Source: Mobula hypostoma | Lineage: Eukaryota | Direction: 5' to 3' | NCBI RefSeq assembly: GCF_963921235.1 | Contig: NC_086097.1 | Span: forward strand, 226,488,001-226,552,000 | Length of the DNA stretch: 64,000 nucleotides | Part shown: piece after piece, positions 41,205 through 53,476 of the stretch | Numbering within the stretch: the stretch's first letter is position 1 | How the letters are laid out: the number at the start of each line of letters is the position of its first letter | Notes under the pieces: generated by a model | What the model was told of the DNA's origin: nothing | Seen by the model: only the letters and a program-made list of their open reading frames with translations | Database searches by the model: none | Made by a program: the position numbers and the translations under genes

Positions 41205-41680
41205 TCAGAATTAGAATGAGATTTATTATATGATGTGAAATTTCTTGTTTTGCGGCGCAAAGAATTAAAACTACTATAAAATTACAAAAGTAAATAGTAA
41301 AGAAATAATAATAGTGTGAATGGATTGATGGGCCATTCAGAAATCTGATGGCGGAGGAGAAGAAACTGCTCCTGAATCACTGACTGTGGGTCTTCAGGTT
41401 CCTGGGCCTCCTCCCCAATGGTAGGAACGAAGATTATAAACTCAGCCAGTTCTACCATGGGCACAACCCTCCACACCACTGAGGATATCTTCATGAGGTG
41501 GTACCTCAAGAACTCGGTGTATGGCCTTGGATAGTGAGGATCCTTAATTGCGGGTGTTGCGTTCTTGAGTGAACACCTCACAAAGGTGGCCTCGGTTGTG
41601 GGGAGGGGTGTGCTCATGATGGAGCCAGCTGAGCCTATAATACCCTGCAGCCTCACGTGATCCTGTGCATTGGAACCTCT
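41205..41680 (-). mobile_element. Rearranged Rex1/Babar-like LINE 3' fragment
   Basis: Tail ATCAGAATTAGAAT; reverse frames IQEQFLLLRHQ and AIKDPH; a short internal piece (~41450-41515) is in the opposite orientation. Confidence 0.7.
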
Positions 41681-42844
41681 GAGGATGTGAAGATCTGCCC
41701 TTTCGTTATTTAAGAAATCCTGCCCCTATCTGGACGACTGTTGAGGTCATGGCTTCATGATTGGACATGTTCTTGGAATCATCAAATTGACAAGAAAACC
41801 AGAAAATATGAGCGGGGTAAGCCATCTGCTTCCATCAAGTCTGTCCCGAACATTCACTTTGTTGTTGCTGATCTAATGCAGGTTGGTCTCAACTCTGTGC
41901 CAAATCACCACAGCCTTCAATTCCCCATTCTTTAAATAATAAATTGGCCTCCACTCTGAACAACTCACTGACGTAGAGGATTACTATCCACTGAGAAGAA
42001 ACTCGACGTGCCTTGGTTTGTAATGACTGGATATGTCTGAGGTTGTTCTCCACTGGAAAGGTCCTTTGTTGCCTATTGCTGGGGGCCGCCACCCACCATT
42101 GCCCCTATCAATGCGTGACATTTCTGGCAGCATGAGACCTGGCAAGTTGTCCACTTTGTGCTTTTTCAGGAGAGAGAATATATAACAAAGTTCATATTCT
42201 GTTGTGGCTTTGCCTCTCCTCTTGTGTCTACTTTAAGTGTAACTGCTTGCAGAAGGTCTGGGAGTCCTGATTCTCACAGGCACAACACATTACTCCCTTA
42301 AAGCCTCACGTAAAACTTGCGCAGATTTCTGCCATAGCACCATTCTCATGCTCAGTCTTGCATGCAGCAATTTCAATGGTCCATGTGTTCAAATTATTAT
42401 TCAGTTTTTACTGATAAACCTCCCTAATTATTTTAATTTTGCTGCTGATGTTTAACTTTCTACATTTTTGTCACAAATTATTTTAGTAATCTTCCATACT
42501 GAATCTGAAAGTCTGACAATTTTAAGATGAAAGCTGAATGAAAGAAATAAATTGTGGGGAGAAAAGGAAAGGGATATTTGTAGGGGGAGTGATGGAATTG
42601 CTGGCTCAGATATAACTATTCTACAGGACTCCAGAGAGGCTAAAGTAACAGTGCCTATTTTTAATCTAAGGAAAAATGGCTGTGCAATTTCATTACTTTG
42701 ACCTTAAAAGTAAAAAAAACAAAGCATATATAAAGAAACTGGCTACCTTGTCACTTCAGTTCCCATCTCGAGATGGGTAAAAGTTACCCAGAGCCTCAAT
42801 GCAAAGTGAGATCTGGAGTGTTATACCTCCAATTCATGTGATAT

Positions 42845-43205
42845 TTGATAGAGTTACATAAAATTAGGAGGGGTATAGGTAGGATAAATGCAAGCAGGAT
42901 TTTTCCATTGAGGTTGGCTGAAATACAATTGGAGGTCATGGGTTAAGGGTGAAAGGTGAAATGTTTAAGGGGAACACGTGGGGAAACTTCTTCACTCAGA
43001 GGATGTGTGGAACGAGCTGCCAGCGCAAGTGGCGGATGTGATTTCGATCTCAACGTTTAAGAAAAGTTCAGACAATGACATGGATGGGAGGGTCATGGAG
43101 GGCTATAGTCCAGGTGTAAATCGATGGGAATAAACAGTTTAAATGGTTCGCATGGACTAGATGGACCGAAGGGCCTGTTTGGTGCTGCAGTTTTCTATGA
43201 CTCTA
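42845..43205 (+). mobile_element. CR1-like LINE 3' fragment
   Basis: GAGGTCATGGGTTAAGGGTGAAAGG...AACTTCTTCACTCAGAGG...GAAGGGCCTGTTT...TTCTATGACTCTA; same subfamily as 30268-30806. Confidence 0.8.
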
Positions 43206-43831
43206 CATGTTTCCGGATGATACTTCACCAGATGGGAGAATAAGTGGTGAGGAGAGTGCAATACAATTGATGTTCCAAAGGGATGTAGCTGGATTATGAG
43301 AGGGAAAGAGTATGACCAGTGGAGTACAAAGTGGGAAATATAAAATTATCAGTAATGGTCAGTAGAAAAGTAAAACAAATTACTTTTTTAAAAGGCAAGA
43401 GACTAATGTATATTGATGTATGGAGAATCTCAGGAATTTTCCATCCAAACACGGTAAAAATCAGCCGGTTATCGTATATGGCGGTGGGGGATGGTGCTGG
43501 GACATTTATTGCTGAAATTAGTGAATACTTTGCAATTGCGCCTGGATTCCTTCTCTTAGATAAGGGTCCAAAACTTGGTCAGAATACAGTCTGACTAATG
43601 CTTTATAAAGCCCCAACATTATATCTTTGCTTTTCTATTCTGGTCCTCTCAAAATAAATGCTAACATTTCATTTGCCTTCCCTGCCATGCATTCAACCTG
43701 CAGGTTAACCTTCAGGGAATTCTGCAGAAGGACTCCCAGGACCCTTTGCACCTCTGATTTTTTTGAATTTTTACACCATTTAGTAAATGGTCCTCATATT
43801 TATTCTTTCTACCAAAATACATAACCATGCA

Positions 43832-45090
43832 CTGCCTCAGCAAGGACCTGGACCCATTGCAATTTGCCTATCACCACAATAGGTCAATGGCAGATGCAAT
43901 CTCAATGGCTCTTCACACGGCTTTAGACCACTTGGACAACACAATTCCTATGTCAGGATGCTGTTCATCGACTGGAGTTCAGCACTTAATACCATCATTC
44001 GCACAATCCCGATTTGAAAAGTTGCAGAACCTGGGCCTTTGTACCTCCCTCTGCAATTTGATCCTCAACTTCCTAAGCGGAAGACCAAAATCTGTGTGGA
44101 GTGGTGTTAACATCTTCTCCTCACTGACAATCAACACTGGTGCACCTCAGGGTGTGTGCTTAGCCCACTGCTCTACTCTCTATACCCATGACTATATGGC
44201 TAGGCATAGCTCAAATACCATCAATAAATTTGCTGACGATACAATCATTGTTGGTAGAATCTCAGATGGTGACGAGAGGGCATACAGGAGCGAGATATAC
44301 CAACTGGTGGAGTGGTGTCGCAGCAACAACTTGGCACTCAACATCAGTAAGACAAAAGAGATGATTGTGGACTTCAGGAAGGGTAAGACGAAAGAACACA
44401 TACCAATCCTCATAGAGGGATCAGAAGTGGAGAGAATGAGCAGTTTCAAGTTCCTGGGTGTCAAGATCTCAGAGGATCTAACCTGGTCCCAACATATCGA
44501 TGTAGGTGTAAAGAAGGCAAGACAGCAGCTATACTTCAATAGGAGTTTGAAGAGATTTGGTATGTCAACAAATACACTCAAAAACTTCTATAGATGAACG
44601 GTGCAGAGCATTCTGACAGGCTGCATTACTGTCTGGTATGGGGCTCGCTACTGCACAGGACCAAAAGAAGCTGCAGAGGATTATAAACTTAGTCGATTCA
44701 AACTTGGGTACTAGCCTACAAAGTACCCAGGACATCTGGAAGGAGTGGTGTCTCAGAAAGGCAGCGTCCATTATTAAAGACCTCCAGCACCCAGGACATG
44801 CCCTTTTCTCACTGTTACCATCAGGTAGGAGGTACAGAAGCCTGAAGGCACACACTCAGTGATTCAGGAACAGCTTCTTCTGCTCTGCCATCCAATTCCT
44901 AAATGGACATATATGGCATTTCTGTTTTTTTGCCAATTTTTAATCAATTCAATATATGTATACTGTAATTGTTTAGTTATTTATTATTATTATTTTATTT
45001 TGTGTTTTTTCTTCAGTATTTTGTTTCGCATTGTACTGCTGCTGCTAAGTTAACAAATTTCACGTCACAATAAACCTGATTCTGATTCTG
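43832..45090 (+). mobile_element. 5'-truncated Rex1/Babar-like LINE with RT domain and 3' tail
   Basis: ORF 43827..44597: DPLQFAYHHNRS, NTGAPQG, KFADDT, LNISKTKEMIVDFRK, FKFLGV; tail TAAACCTGATTCTGATTCTGA. Confidence 0.92.
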
Positions 45091-46062
45091 ACTTCACTAC
45101 ACAATATTCCATCTGCCACTTCTTTGCCCATTCACTCAATCTGTCTCAGTACTTCTGCAGACAGCCTGTTTTCTCTACCTGCCCCTCCACCTATCTTCTT
45201 ATTGTCCACGAACGTGGCCACAAAGCCATGAATTCATTCATCTAGTCGTATAACGTGAAAAGAAGCAGTCCCAATATCGACCTCTGCAGCATAGAACTAC
45301 TCACCAGCTAGTTCCCCTTTATTCCAACCCTTGGCCTCCTGACATTCAGCCAATTTTCTATCCCTGCTCGTATCTTTCCTGTATTACCATGTGCTCTTGT
45401 TAAGCAGCCTTATGTGCGGCACCTTGTCAAAGGCCTTCTCAAGATTGAAGTAGGCAATATCCACTGACTATCCTGCCTGTTAATTCCTCAAAGAATTCCA
45501 ACAGATGTGTCAAGCAAGATCTCGCCTTGAGAAAATGATTCTGACTTTGGCTTATTTGTGCCTCCAAGTACCCTGGCACTTCATCCATCTAATATAGACT
45601 GCAGCATCTTCACAACCACTGAAGTCAGTCTAATTGGCCTATAATTTAATTTCTTCTACCTCTCTCCCTCCATTCCTAAAGAGTGGAGTGACATCTGCAA
45701 TTTTCCAGTCCTTCAAAACTATTTCAGAATCTCACATTTCTGGTATACTGTTGTACCTTCATGCAAAATACCTGATGCAAAATATGTATTCAGTCTATCT
45801 TCTATTTCTTTGACTGAATTACTACCTCCAAGCATCATTTTCTAATGGTTCGATATCCTCTCTCACCTCTTTTCTCTTTCTACAGTGGCATGCAAAAGTT
45901 TGGGCACCCCGGTTAAAATTTCTGTTACTGTGAATAGCTAAGCAAGTAAAAGATGACCTGATTTCCAAAAGGCAAGATTACTGTTTTTATTTCCATCTTT
46001 TACAGTTTCAAAATAACAAAACAGGAAAAGGGCCTGAAGCAAAGTTTGGGCACCCTGCATGG

Positions 46063-47054
46063 TCAGTACTTAGTAATACCCCCTTTGGCAAGTATCACAG
46101 CTTGTAAACGCTTTCTGTAACCAGTTAAGAGTCTTTCAATTCTTGTTTGGGGGATTTACACCCATAGTTCCTTGCAAAAGGCTTCTAGTTCTGTGAGATT
46201 CTTGGGCCGTCTTGCATGCACTGTGCTTTTGAGGTCTATCCACAGATTTTTGATGATGTTTAGGTCGGGGGACTGTGAGGGCCATGGCAAAACCTTCAGC
46301 TTGCGCCTCTTGAGGTAGTCCATTGTGGATTCTGAGGTGTGTTTAGGATCATTATCCTGTTGTAGAAGCCGTCCTCTTTTCATCTTCGGCTTTTTTTTAC
46401 AGACGGTGTGATGTTTGCTTCCAGAATTTGCTGGTATTTAATCGAATTCATTCTTCCTTCTACCTACCAGTGAAATGTTCCCCGTACCACTGGCTGCAAC
46501 ACAAGCCCAAAGCATGATCGATCCACCCTCCTTAACAGTTGGAGAAGGGTTCTTTTCATGAAGTTATGCACCCTTTTTTCTCCAAACATACCTTTGCTCA
46601 TTTCGGCCAAAAATTTCTATTTTAACTTCATTAGTCCACAGGACTTTTTTCCAAAATGCATCAGGCTTGTTTAGATGCTCCTTTGCAAACTTCTGACACT
46701 GAATTTTGTGGTGAGGATGCAGGTCGTATTTGTGCAGGTGTCGCTGCACAGTAGAACAGTGCACCGCCACTCCAGAGTCTGCTAAATCTTCCTGAAGGTC
46801 TTTTGCAGTCAAACGGGGGTTTTGATTTGCCTTTCTAGCAATCCTACGAGCAGTTCTCTCAGAAAGTTTTCTTGGTCTTCCAGACTTCAACTTGACCTCC
46901 ACTGTTCCTGTTAACTGCCATTTCTTAATTACATTGCAAACTGAGGAAACGGCAACCTGAAAACGCTTTGCTATCTTTTAAAGCCTTCTCCTGCTTTGTG
47001 AGCTTCATTTATTTTAATTTTCAGAGTGCTAGGCAGCTGCTTAGAAGAGCCCAT
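46063..47054 (-). pseudogene. Disrupted Tc1 transposase
   Basis: Starts MGSSKQLPSTLKIK; SGRPRK linker; VLWTNE, QQDNDPKH, WPSQSPDLNIIKN (first D to N, E to K); frameshifts and an internal deletion; TATAAA ~40 nt upstream. Confidence 0.9.
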
Positions 47055-47165
47055 GTCTGCTGATTGTTGCGACAAGGTTTGAGGACTCGGTATTTATAAA
47101 ACTTTGAAATTTGCATCACCTGGCCTTTCCTAATGATGATTGTGAACAAGCCATAGCCCTAAGTT

Positions 47166-47669
47166 TGCAGAATTTCATGAAAAGAACCCCTCTCCAACTG
47201 TTAAGCATGGGGGTGGATCGATCATGCTTTGGGCTTGTGTTGCAGCCAGTGGCACTGGGAACATTTCACTGGTAGAGGGAAGAATGAATTCAATCAGATA
47301 CCAGCAAATTCTGGAAGCAAACATCGCACTGACTGTGAAAAAGCTGAAGATGAAAAGAGGATGGCTTTTACAACAGGAAAATGATCCTAAACCCACCTCA
47401 AAATCCACAATGGACTACTTCAAGAGGCGAAAGCTGAAGGTTTGCCTTGGCCCTTACAGTCCCCCGACCTAAACATCATTGAAAATTTGCGAATAGACCT
47501 CAAAAGAGCAGTGCCTGCAAGATGGCCCAAGAATCTCACAGAACTAGAAGCCTTTTACAAGGAAGAATGGGCAAAAATTCCCCAAACAAGAATTGAAAGA
47601 CTCTTAGCTGGCTACAGAAAGCATTTACAAGCTGTGATGCTTGTCAAAGGGGGTGTTACTAAGTACTGA
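47166..47669 (+). pseudogene. Second, inverted copy of the C-terminal half of the same Tc1 transposase
   Basis: ORFs 47224..47472 and 47442..47669: MLWACVAASGTG, QQENDPKP, SPDLNIIEN, KGGVTKY; reverse complement of 46063-46570. Confidence 0.9.
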
Positions 47670-48859
47670 CCATGCAGGGTGCCCAAACTTTTGCTTCAGG
47701 CCCTTTTCCTTTTTTGTTATTTTGAAACTATAAAAGATAGAAATAAAAAAGTAATCTTGCTTAAAATATTAAAGAAATGTGTCATCTTTAACTTTATGCC
47801 TTTTGGAAATCAGGTCATCTTTTACTCGCTTAGCTATTCACAGTAACAGAAATTTTGACCGGAGTGCCCAAACTTTTGCATGCTACTGAATATCTGAAGA
47901 ATCTTTTTGTATCCTCTAATTGACTGGCTGGATTGGGTTTCTAATCTCTAGAGTTGAAAACATTGATAGATAGTCTCATATTTAAACATTTTAAGAGATT
48001 AAGGCACAGTAAATAATGGGAAGGGTCTCTGCAGTTTGAGGAATCTGGAACTGAGTTAGATTGAAAGACTAAGCCTATAGGACTCTGATGAGAAGCTTCT
48101 TTTCTGCGAATTGTGAACATTCATCAGTCTCTCCTGCAGGGGCTTTAAAAGTACGAAAGGGATTGATGTATTCTGTGGTGCCATAACAAGCAGGGGATGT
48201 TGGGATTGTCCAAGAATTTGAACGTCGTTCACATATCTGTTCTCTATACTGGATAACACAAAAGTACATTTGGCGATAGCCTTGGAGACAGAACATGGAA
48301 AGTGTTAACTAACAGTCACCTGTTAGTTTAATTCTGTAACCTTGCTGCCTTCAGTGGCCTTTGTTTTAACAACAACGTCCAACACAAACTCAAAGATCAG
48401 CACCTGATTTTCCATCAGTTTATGTTGGTGCCTTTAGAATCTAACATCGAATGTGATGCTTTCAGCTGATCATCCCTTTTTATTGTTTCTTTACAGATGA
48501 GGCAGTAACTTTGTTTCAATTTGTTTATTTATTTTTCTGTCTCAGACTTCCAATATTAGAAGAAATGGTTACCTTCACAATAGACCTGCATCTGGTTGTA
48601 GACGTACCTTCCGAGACCTTGCCCTCTCAGCAACTTTAAACATGAATGTTTTTGCCCTTTTCCATATGTGATCAAATGAAAGCTTTGACTGTTTTTCTCT
48701 CCCCACCTGCTGAGTGTTTCCAGCATTTTCTGGCTTTGAATAACAGGATCTCACATGAAGAGGAAGAAGAAATCCTCTTCACAGCTGGCTGGTATTTGAT
48801 GAGCCAAATGAGCACCTTCTGTGGGGTTATGGGTATAAGACCTGGCAATTCTATTTCAT

Positions 48860-49153
48860 TTTATTTAGAGATACAGTGCAGAACAGGCTCTCCCAGCCTA
48901 GTGAGCTGTGCCACTCAGAAACCCGCCTATTTAACTCTAGCCTAATCATAAGACAGTTTACAACAACCAATTAACTTACCCACAGGTACATCTGTGGACG
49001 GTGGGAGGGAGGGGGAGGAGCCGGTGGAAACCCGCGTGGTCATGGGGAGAACGTGCAAACTCCTTCCAGATGGCGCTGTAACTGAACGCCAAACTCTGGG
49101 ACGCTCTGAGGTGTGATAGTGTAGCGCTAACCCCTTTGTTACCGTGGTGCCCC
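48860..49153 (-). mobile_element. Near full-length tRNA-headed V-SINE with CR1-like tail
   Basis: Minus-strand head GGGGCACCACGGTAAC...GTTAGCGCTACACT; core GGAAACCCGCGTGGTCATGGGGAGAACGTGCAAACTCCTT on the + strand. Confidence 0.78.
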
Positions 49154-50745
49154 ATTGCGAGTGAATGTCAGTGGTAGGCAATTAGACCCTCTTGTTGGAG
49201 ATGCTGATTATCTGGCACTTGAGAGGTAAGGGTGTTTCTTGCTGTTTACCTGTTCCTGTCTTGTTGAGCTTCTGCTGCATGCGGGCGTGGTCTGCTCCTT
49301 TTCTGAAGAGATGTGAATGGATCTGAACATTCTGCAGTCATCCATAAACATCCCCACTGTTATCTGATGATGGGATGGGGGTAATTGATGAAGTAGCTGA
49401 AGGTGGTTGGGCCTAGGGCACTGTCCAAAGGAAATTCTGCCAGGGTATTCTGGCACTGGGATGAACATTCTCCAGCAAAATATGACTCCAATCAGGGATG
49501 GACATTCTCACCCCATGCAGGGAATTAACCTCTTTGGCCAATTTTGACACCATCGCTATGGTGACCACAGCTGAGTGATCATGGCAAAGCCCAAACTGGG
49601 AATCATTGAACAGGGTTTTGGGTGAGTGAGAGCCACTTGATAACTTTGACAATGCCATCTGGAGGCTGGTATTGACAGTGCTGATACTTCAGAGGAGACT
49701 GAATGCCTGAGAATAGACAGAATAGTCAATGTCCAGATTAAATTTCTCCTACTTTCAGTGAAGGGAGCATACCTGAGAGGTTCTCCATATTGTTGGGTGG
49801 ATGACAGTGTTATTATGTTGGTTGACTGGAAGGACGGAAGGTCCTGGAGTATAGGTCGTCAATAGTCCATCTGCAATGTTATTTGGTCTCATGGCTTCTG
49901 TTGTATCCAGTGCTCTTAGCAAATTAAGAACACAAAAAGGTACAGTACAGGATTAGGCCCTTTGACCTACCATATCTGTACAGTGTTGACAGAGAATTAA
50001 ACTGACAGGTGACTGGATGTTAACTCTGTTCATATGGAATGAACATACATGTTCTGCAAATCTTATCACCAAGTGTGTTTTTGCCTTTACAACATTGTGA
50101 GCATTGACGCCTAATTTCCTGCCCAATCCCAAGATCTCCTTATTATTACAGCAGCCCAGAGTAGATCAAACCCTTTCACTCTTTCACCTGTTGGGTTGCC
50201 TGGATGAACGTACGTTTCATCAACGACGTCCAACGCAAACGCAGGGAACGGCACCTCATTTTCCATTGGCTTATGTTGCAGCGCTTCCCTGGCAGGCATC
50301 CCCGTCAGTGTTATGCTTGTTAGACCATGTAGACAGCAGAACGTGAAGGATGTTGCTCAGTCCAGTCTCCCCATGAAGCTCCAAAACCGGTGTTGCCTGG
50401 GGATTCACATCATTCGATGTGTCCCTGATGTGGAAATTAAATCCAGAATTTAAAATGGCATGCACCCAGAACTGCCCGGATTTCCGGAGTGATACCAAGC
50501 AATCTGGAAAAGGTTGGTTATTGTGTTTCACTCTTGGCAATAAACATACAATTGCATAGTGCTGCCTAACATAAACCATTGTTCCACTTTGGTTTTCTAG
50601 GCAAACAACTTCAAAATACACCAGTGAGAACTGTGAAACTGATTTCAATACATTTGATAATTTGTACTGACCTCACTTGAAATGCCGTCTCTTTATTCCT
50701 TTCCATAGATGCTACCTGGCCTGTGAAGTTCCTCCAGAATTTTTT

Positions 50746-50950
50746 GTGTTGTTGTTCCTCTCTGTGCCTTGTGGCACATCAGGCAGCAACCTTGCAGTTT
50801 CTTCAGCATTTGTCTGTTTTTCACGAGGCCGAGTTCCTAGCCCCATCCTCAACCCAGTGTGGGTGGAAAGGGCGCAAGGAGCTGGCTGGATTTGAACCTA
50901 GAACCATTCACCTTGAAGTCCAGTGCGGATACCACCACAGCACTGACCGC
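50746..50950 (-). mobile_element. tRNA-derived SINE with (AAC)n tail
   Basis: Minus strand has B box GGTTCAAATCC; body matches 33192-33330; abuts a Penelope-terminus fragment at ~50675-50748. Confidence 0.7.
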
Positions 50951-51136
50951 CCTATTTTGTACGTGTTAATCTGATAATTTGTGGGTTAAAACTGGGGGGA
51001 AAAAGATTAAGTTTGCCTTAAAACTAATGCCCTTCAGGCTTACACTCTTTGCTCTGCTTTATGGAGTTGGCTTGTTAATGGACTATTGAGATTGTGTAGC
51101 AAACAACGGAATTAGAAAACGATTGCTACTGAGTAA

Positions 51137-51345
51137 CACACACAAAATGCTGGAGGAACTCAGCAGGCCAGGCAGCATCTATGGAAAAGAGTACAGTCAT
51201 GTTTCGTTTCGGGCCGAAGGGTCTCGGCTTGAGACATCGACTGTGCTCTTTTCCATAGATGCTGCCTGGCCTGCTGAGTTCCTCCAGGTGTGTGTGTGTG
51301 TGTGTGTTTTGCTTGGATTTCCAGCACCTGCAGATTTTCTCTTGT
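51137..51345 (+). mobile_element. Palindromic Penelope-terminus-derived element with perfect 14 bp target duplication
   Basis: CTGGAGGAACTCAGCAGGCCAGGCAGCATCTATGGAAAAGAG and its exact reverse complement; TTGCTACTGAGTAA at 51123-51136 and 51346-51359. Confidence 0.88.
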
Positions 51346-51789
51346 TTGCTACTGAGTAAGATTTCTTTTACTTGTTTTCCAGGAGGCAGATGATGCTGTC
51401 AAGGCCAATGTTTAGTGGCCTTTTCCTAATTGCCCTTGACGAGTGGTGATTAGCTGCCCCCTTCAACCATGTAGCATTTCTGGTGAAGGTACTGCCACAC
51501 TACTGTGAGGAGTGAGTTCCCAGATTTATCTCCAGGTCAGGATGGAGGAGAACAAATGGGTGATGGTGTTACCGTCGACCTCCTGCCTTTGTCCTGCTGG
51601 ATGACGGAACTTGCTGTTGTGCAAGGCACCAGCAGTTCATTTTAAATAACTGCAGTGTATCTTGTAAATGATAAACACAGCAGCCTTCATGATAGAGGCT
51701 AGTGGATGGTTGCCAATTAAGCCAGCTTGATTCGTCTAGATGTTATTGAGTTTCTTGAATGTTGTTATAGCTGCACTTAGTTTGGTCAT

Positions 51790-52150
51790 AGGAGGAGACT
51801 ACTGAATGAGCAAAAAAACATCATCCATGTGGTCAAAGCTTCCCTGAAGAAATGCAACATTTTCAGTGAGTCCTGGAACCGTCTGACCCATGATCATTCA
51901 CAATGGAGAGGGTAGATTCAGGATGGTATCGAGAATTTTGAGGGGCAGACAGGAGAACCTGCCTACGCAGTGAAAGGTGCTCATCACCTCACAAGCTTCC
52001 CACCATGTTGACCAACCAGCCCTTTCATGCCTTAAACATGGGAGGGTCTGTGGTTCCCACATTGGACTCATTAGCCAAACCAAAGCCAAAAAAAAATCCA
52101 CAAAGGGAAGCAAGTCACCCCTCGATCTTGGGGCTGTATAAGAATAAGAA
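51790..52150 (+). mobile_element. Degenerate RTE-clade LINE 3' end
   Basis: Frames VKASLKKCNI..ESW...HDHSQWR...QDGIE and GRVCGSHIGLIS; AAG-rich tail AAGAATAAGAA. Confidence 0.7.
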
Positions 52151-52574
52151 ACGTCCTGATGAGTGAGAGTATGTTAATATGCTCACGATCTGTGTCTTGT
52201 AGAGGGTGGAAAGACCATGGGGTGTCAGGGGGTGAATTGTTCACTCTGCAATAATCAACCTCTGAGCTTCTCATGTAGTTGCAGTACTTCTATGACTGAT
52301 CCAGTTGAGTTTCCAGTCGATTGTGAACTTCAGGGTGGCCTTGGCAATGACCCTGAATGTAAAGAGTAGGTGATTAGACTCTGACATGCTGAAGATGGCC
52401 ATCTTGTGATTCTAGTTTTACTTGCTACTTATTATTTCATACCCAAGTATAGTCAAGGTATTTGTACAGTGAGACAGTCACTCGACAGCCTACTTTAAGC
52501 TGATAGGGTTTTATTTTAGGTACTTTTATATAATGGTATCTACAGTGGATCTGTCTTTACATTATTGTTTTGTT

Positions 52575-52806
52575 TTTTTACTCGGAGATATAGCTCGGTA
52601 ACAGGCCCTTCCGGCCCAACGAGCCATGGCACCCAATTACATCCACTTGGCCAATTATCCTTTGAAACCCGTATGTCATCATCATGTAGGAGAAACCAAT
52701 ATGGTCCTGAGGAGAACGTACAAACTCCTTTCAGTCAGCGGTGAGAATTGAGCCTGGTCTCTGGCACTGTAAACAGTGACGCTAATTCCTATGCTACCAC
52801 GCCATC
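52575..52806 (-). mobile_element. V-SINE
   Basis: GGTAACAGGCCCTTCCGGCCCA tail and GGAGAACGTACAAACTCCTT core. Confidence 0.72.
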
Positions 52807-53063
52807 CTAATGAACGTGAGTGGGTGATAGACTGATTCTGAGGAGTTATTGTGCAATTATTAATGAATGTTCCCACTTCTGACCTCATGATAGGAACAAG
52901 GACATTGGTGAAGCAGCTGAAGATGTTTGGATTGTGGCCACTGCCTTGAGCATGTCTTGCTGCCAGTGAAATGTGAACCTTAATATAATCTTGACAATGT
53001 TGTCAAGGTTCTGAGGCTAAATAAAGTATTAAACCACATTAGTATAATCATAGAATAACTAGG

Positions 53064-53476
53064 TGTTGTGGGAAACGAGTGGAGACAGAAGAAACTCGCT
53101 GCCAGTAAACAGGTGAACTAGTTATTTACAAGACAAGGCAAACACTAAACATTCAGTGAACTCTTCAGACTAAACTCAGTTCCAAATCTGAATCTAAACT
53201 GAGCGTCTGAAGTAGCGGGTCAAAACAGCCACAGTAGCAAATACTTATCTAATGTGTGTACCCGGGCCCTCTTCACTGCAGCACACCCCCAGTGTTTACC
53301 ATTTCCATGACACCCTCGATTACGTGCTCCACAGTGGCCGCGTAGTTACCGTGTGCTAGATTTAAACCCCTACCAGCGCTGTGATGTCACCAGCTAAATG
53401 GCAGGTACTTGGGCCAAACCCCACCTACCATGGGGGAAGCAGCTTTTGATTAGCGGGTAAGTCAGGCACTTCAACA
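53064..53476. mobile_element. Solo LTR (413 bp) with 5 bp target site duplication
   Basis: Begins TGTTG, ends CAACA, flanked by CTAGG at 53059-53063 and 53477-53481; retains many CpGs. Confidence 0.85.

Larger units (their letters stand above)
45883..47888 (-). mobile_element. Tc1/mariner (DD34E, IR/DR-type) element with fold-back structure
   Basis: Ends CAGTGGCATGCAAAAGTTTGGGCAC and GTGCCCAAACTTTTGCATGCTACTG; TA at 45881-45882 (right side reads AA); AAAGTTTGGGCACCC occurs twice in the left end and as inverted near-copies in the right end. Confidence 0.93.
43540..47920 (-). mobile_element. Old CR1 RT-region fragment split into three pieces (43540-43830, 45091-45882, 47889-47920) by Rex and Tc1 insertions
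   Basis: Minus-strand CR1 sequence reads through both insertion points (CCAAAATACATAACCATGCAC / TTCACTACACAATATTCCATCTGCCAC; CTCTTTC-TA / TATCTGAAGAATC). Confidence 0.7.

Noticed and set aside
49190..52950. Further very old LINE-like patches (e.g. 49190-49920, 51405-51780, 52270-52460; similar at 35080-35770)
   Set aside because: Probably decayed CR1/L2-type sequence, but too diverged to delimit or classify by eye.
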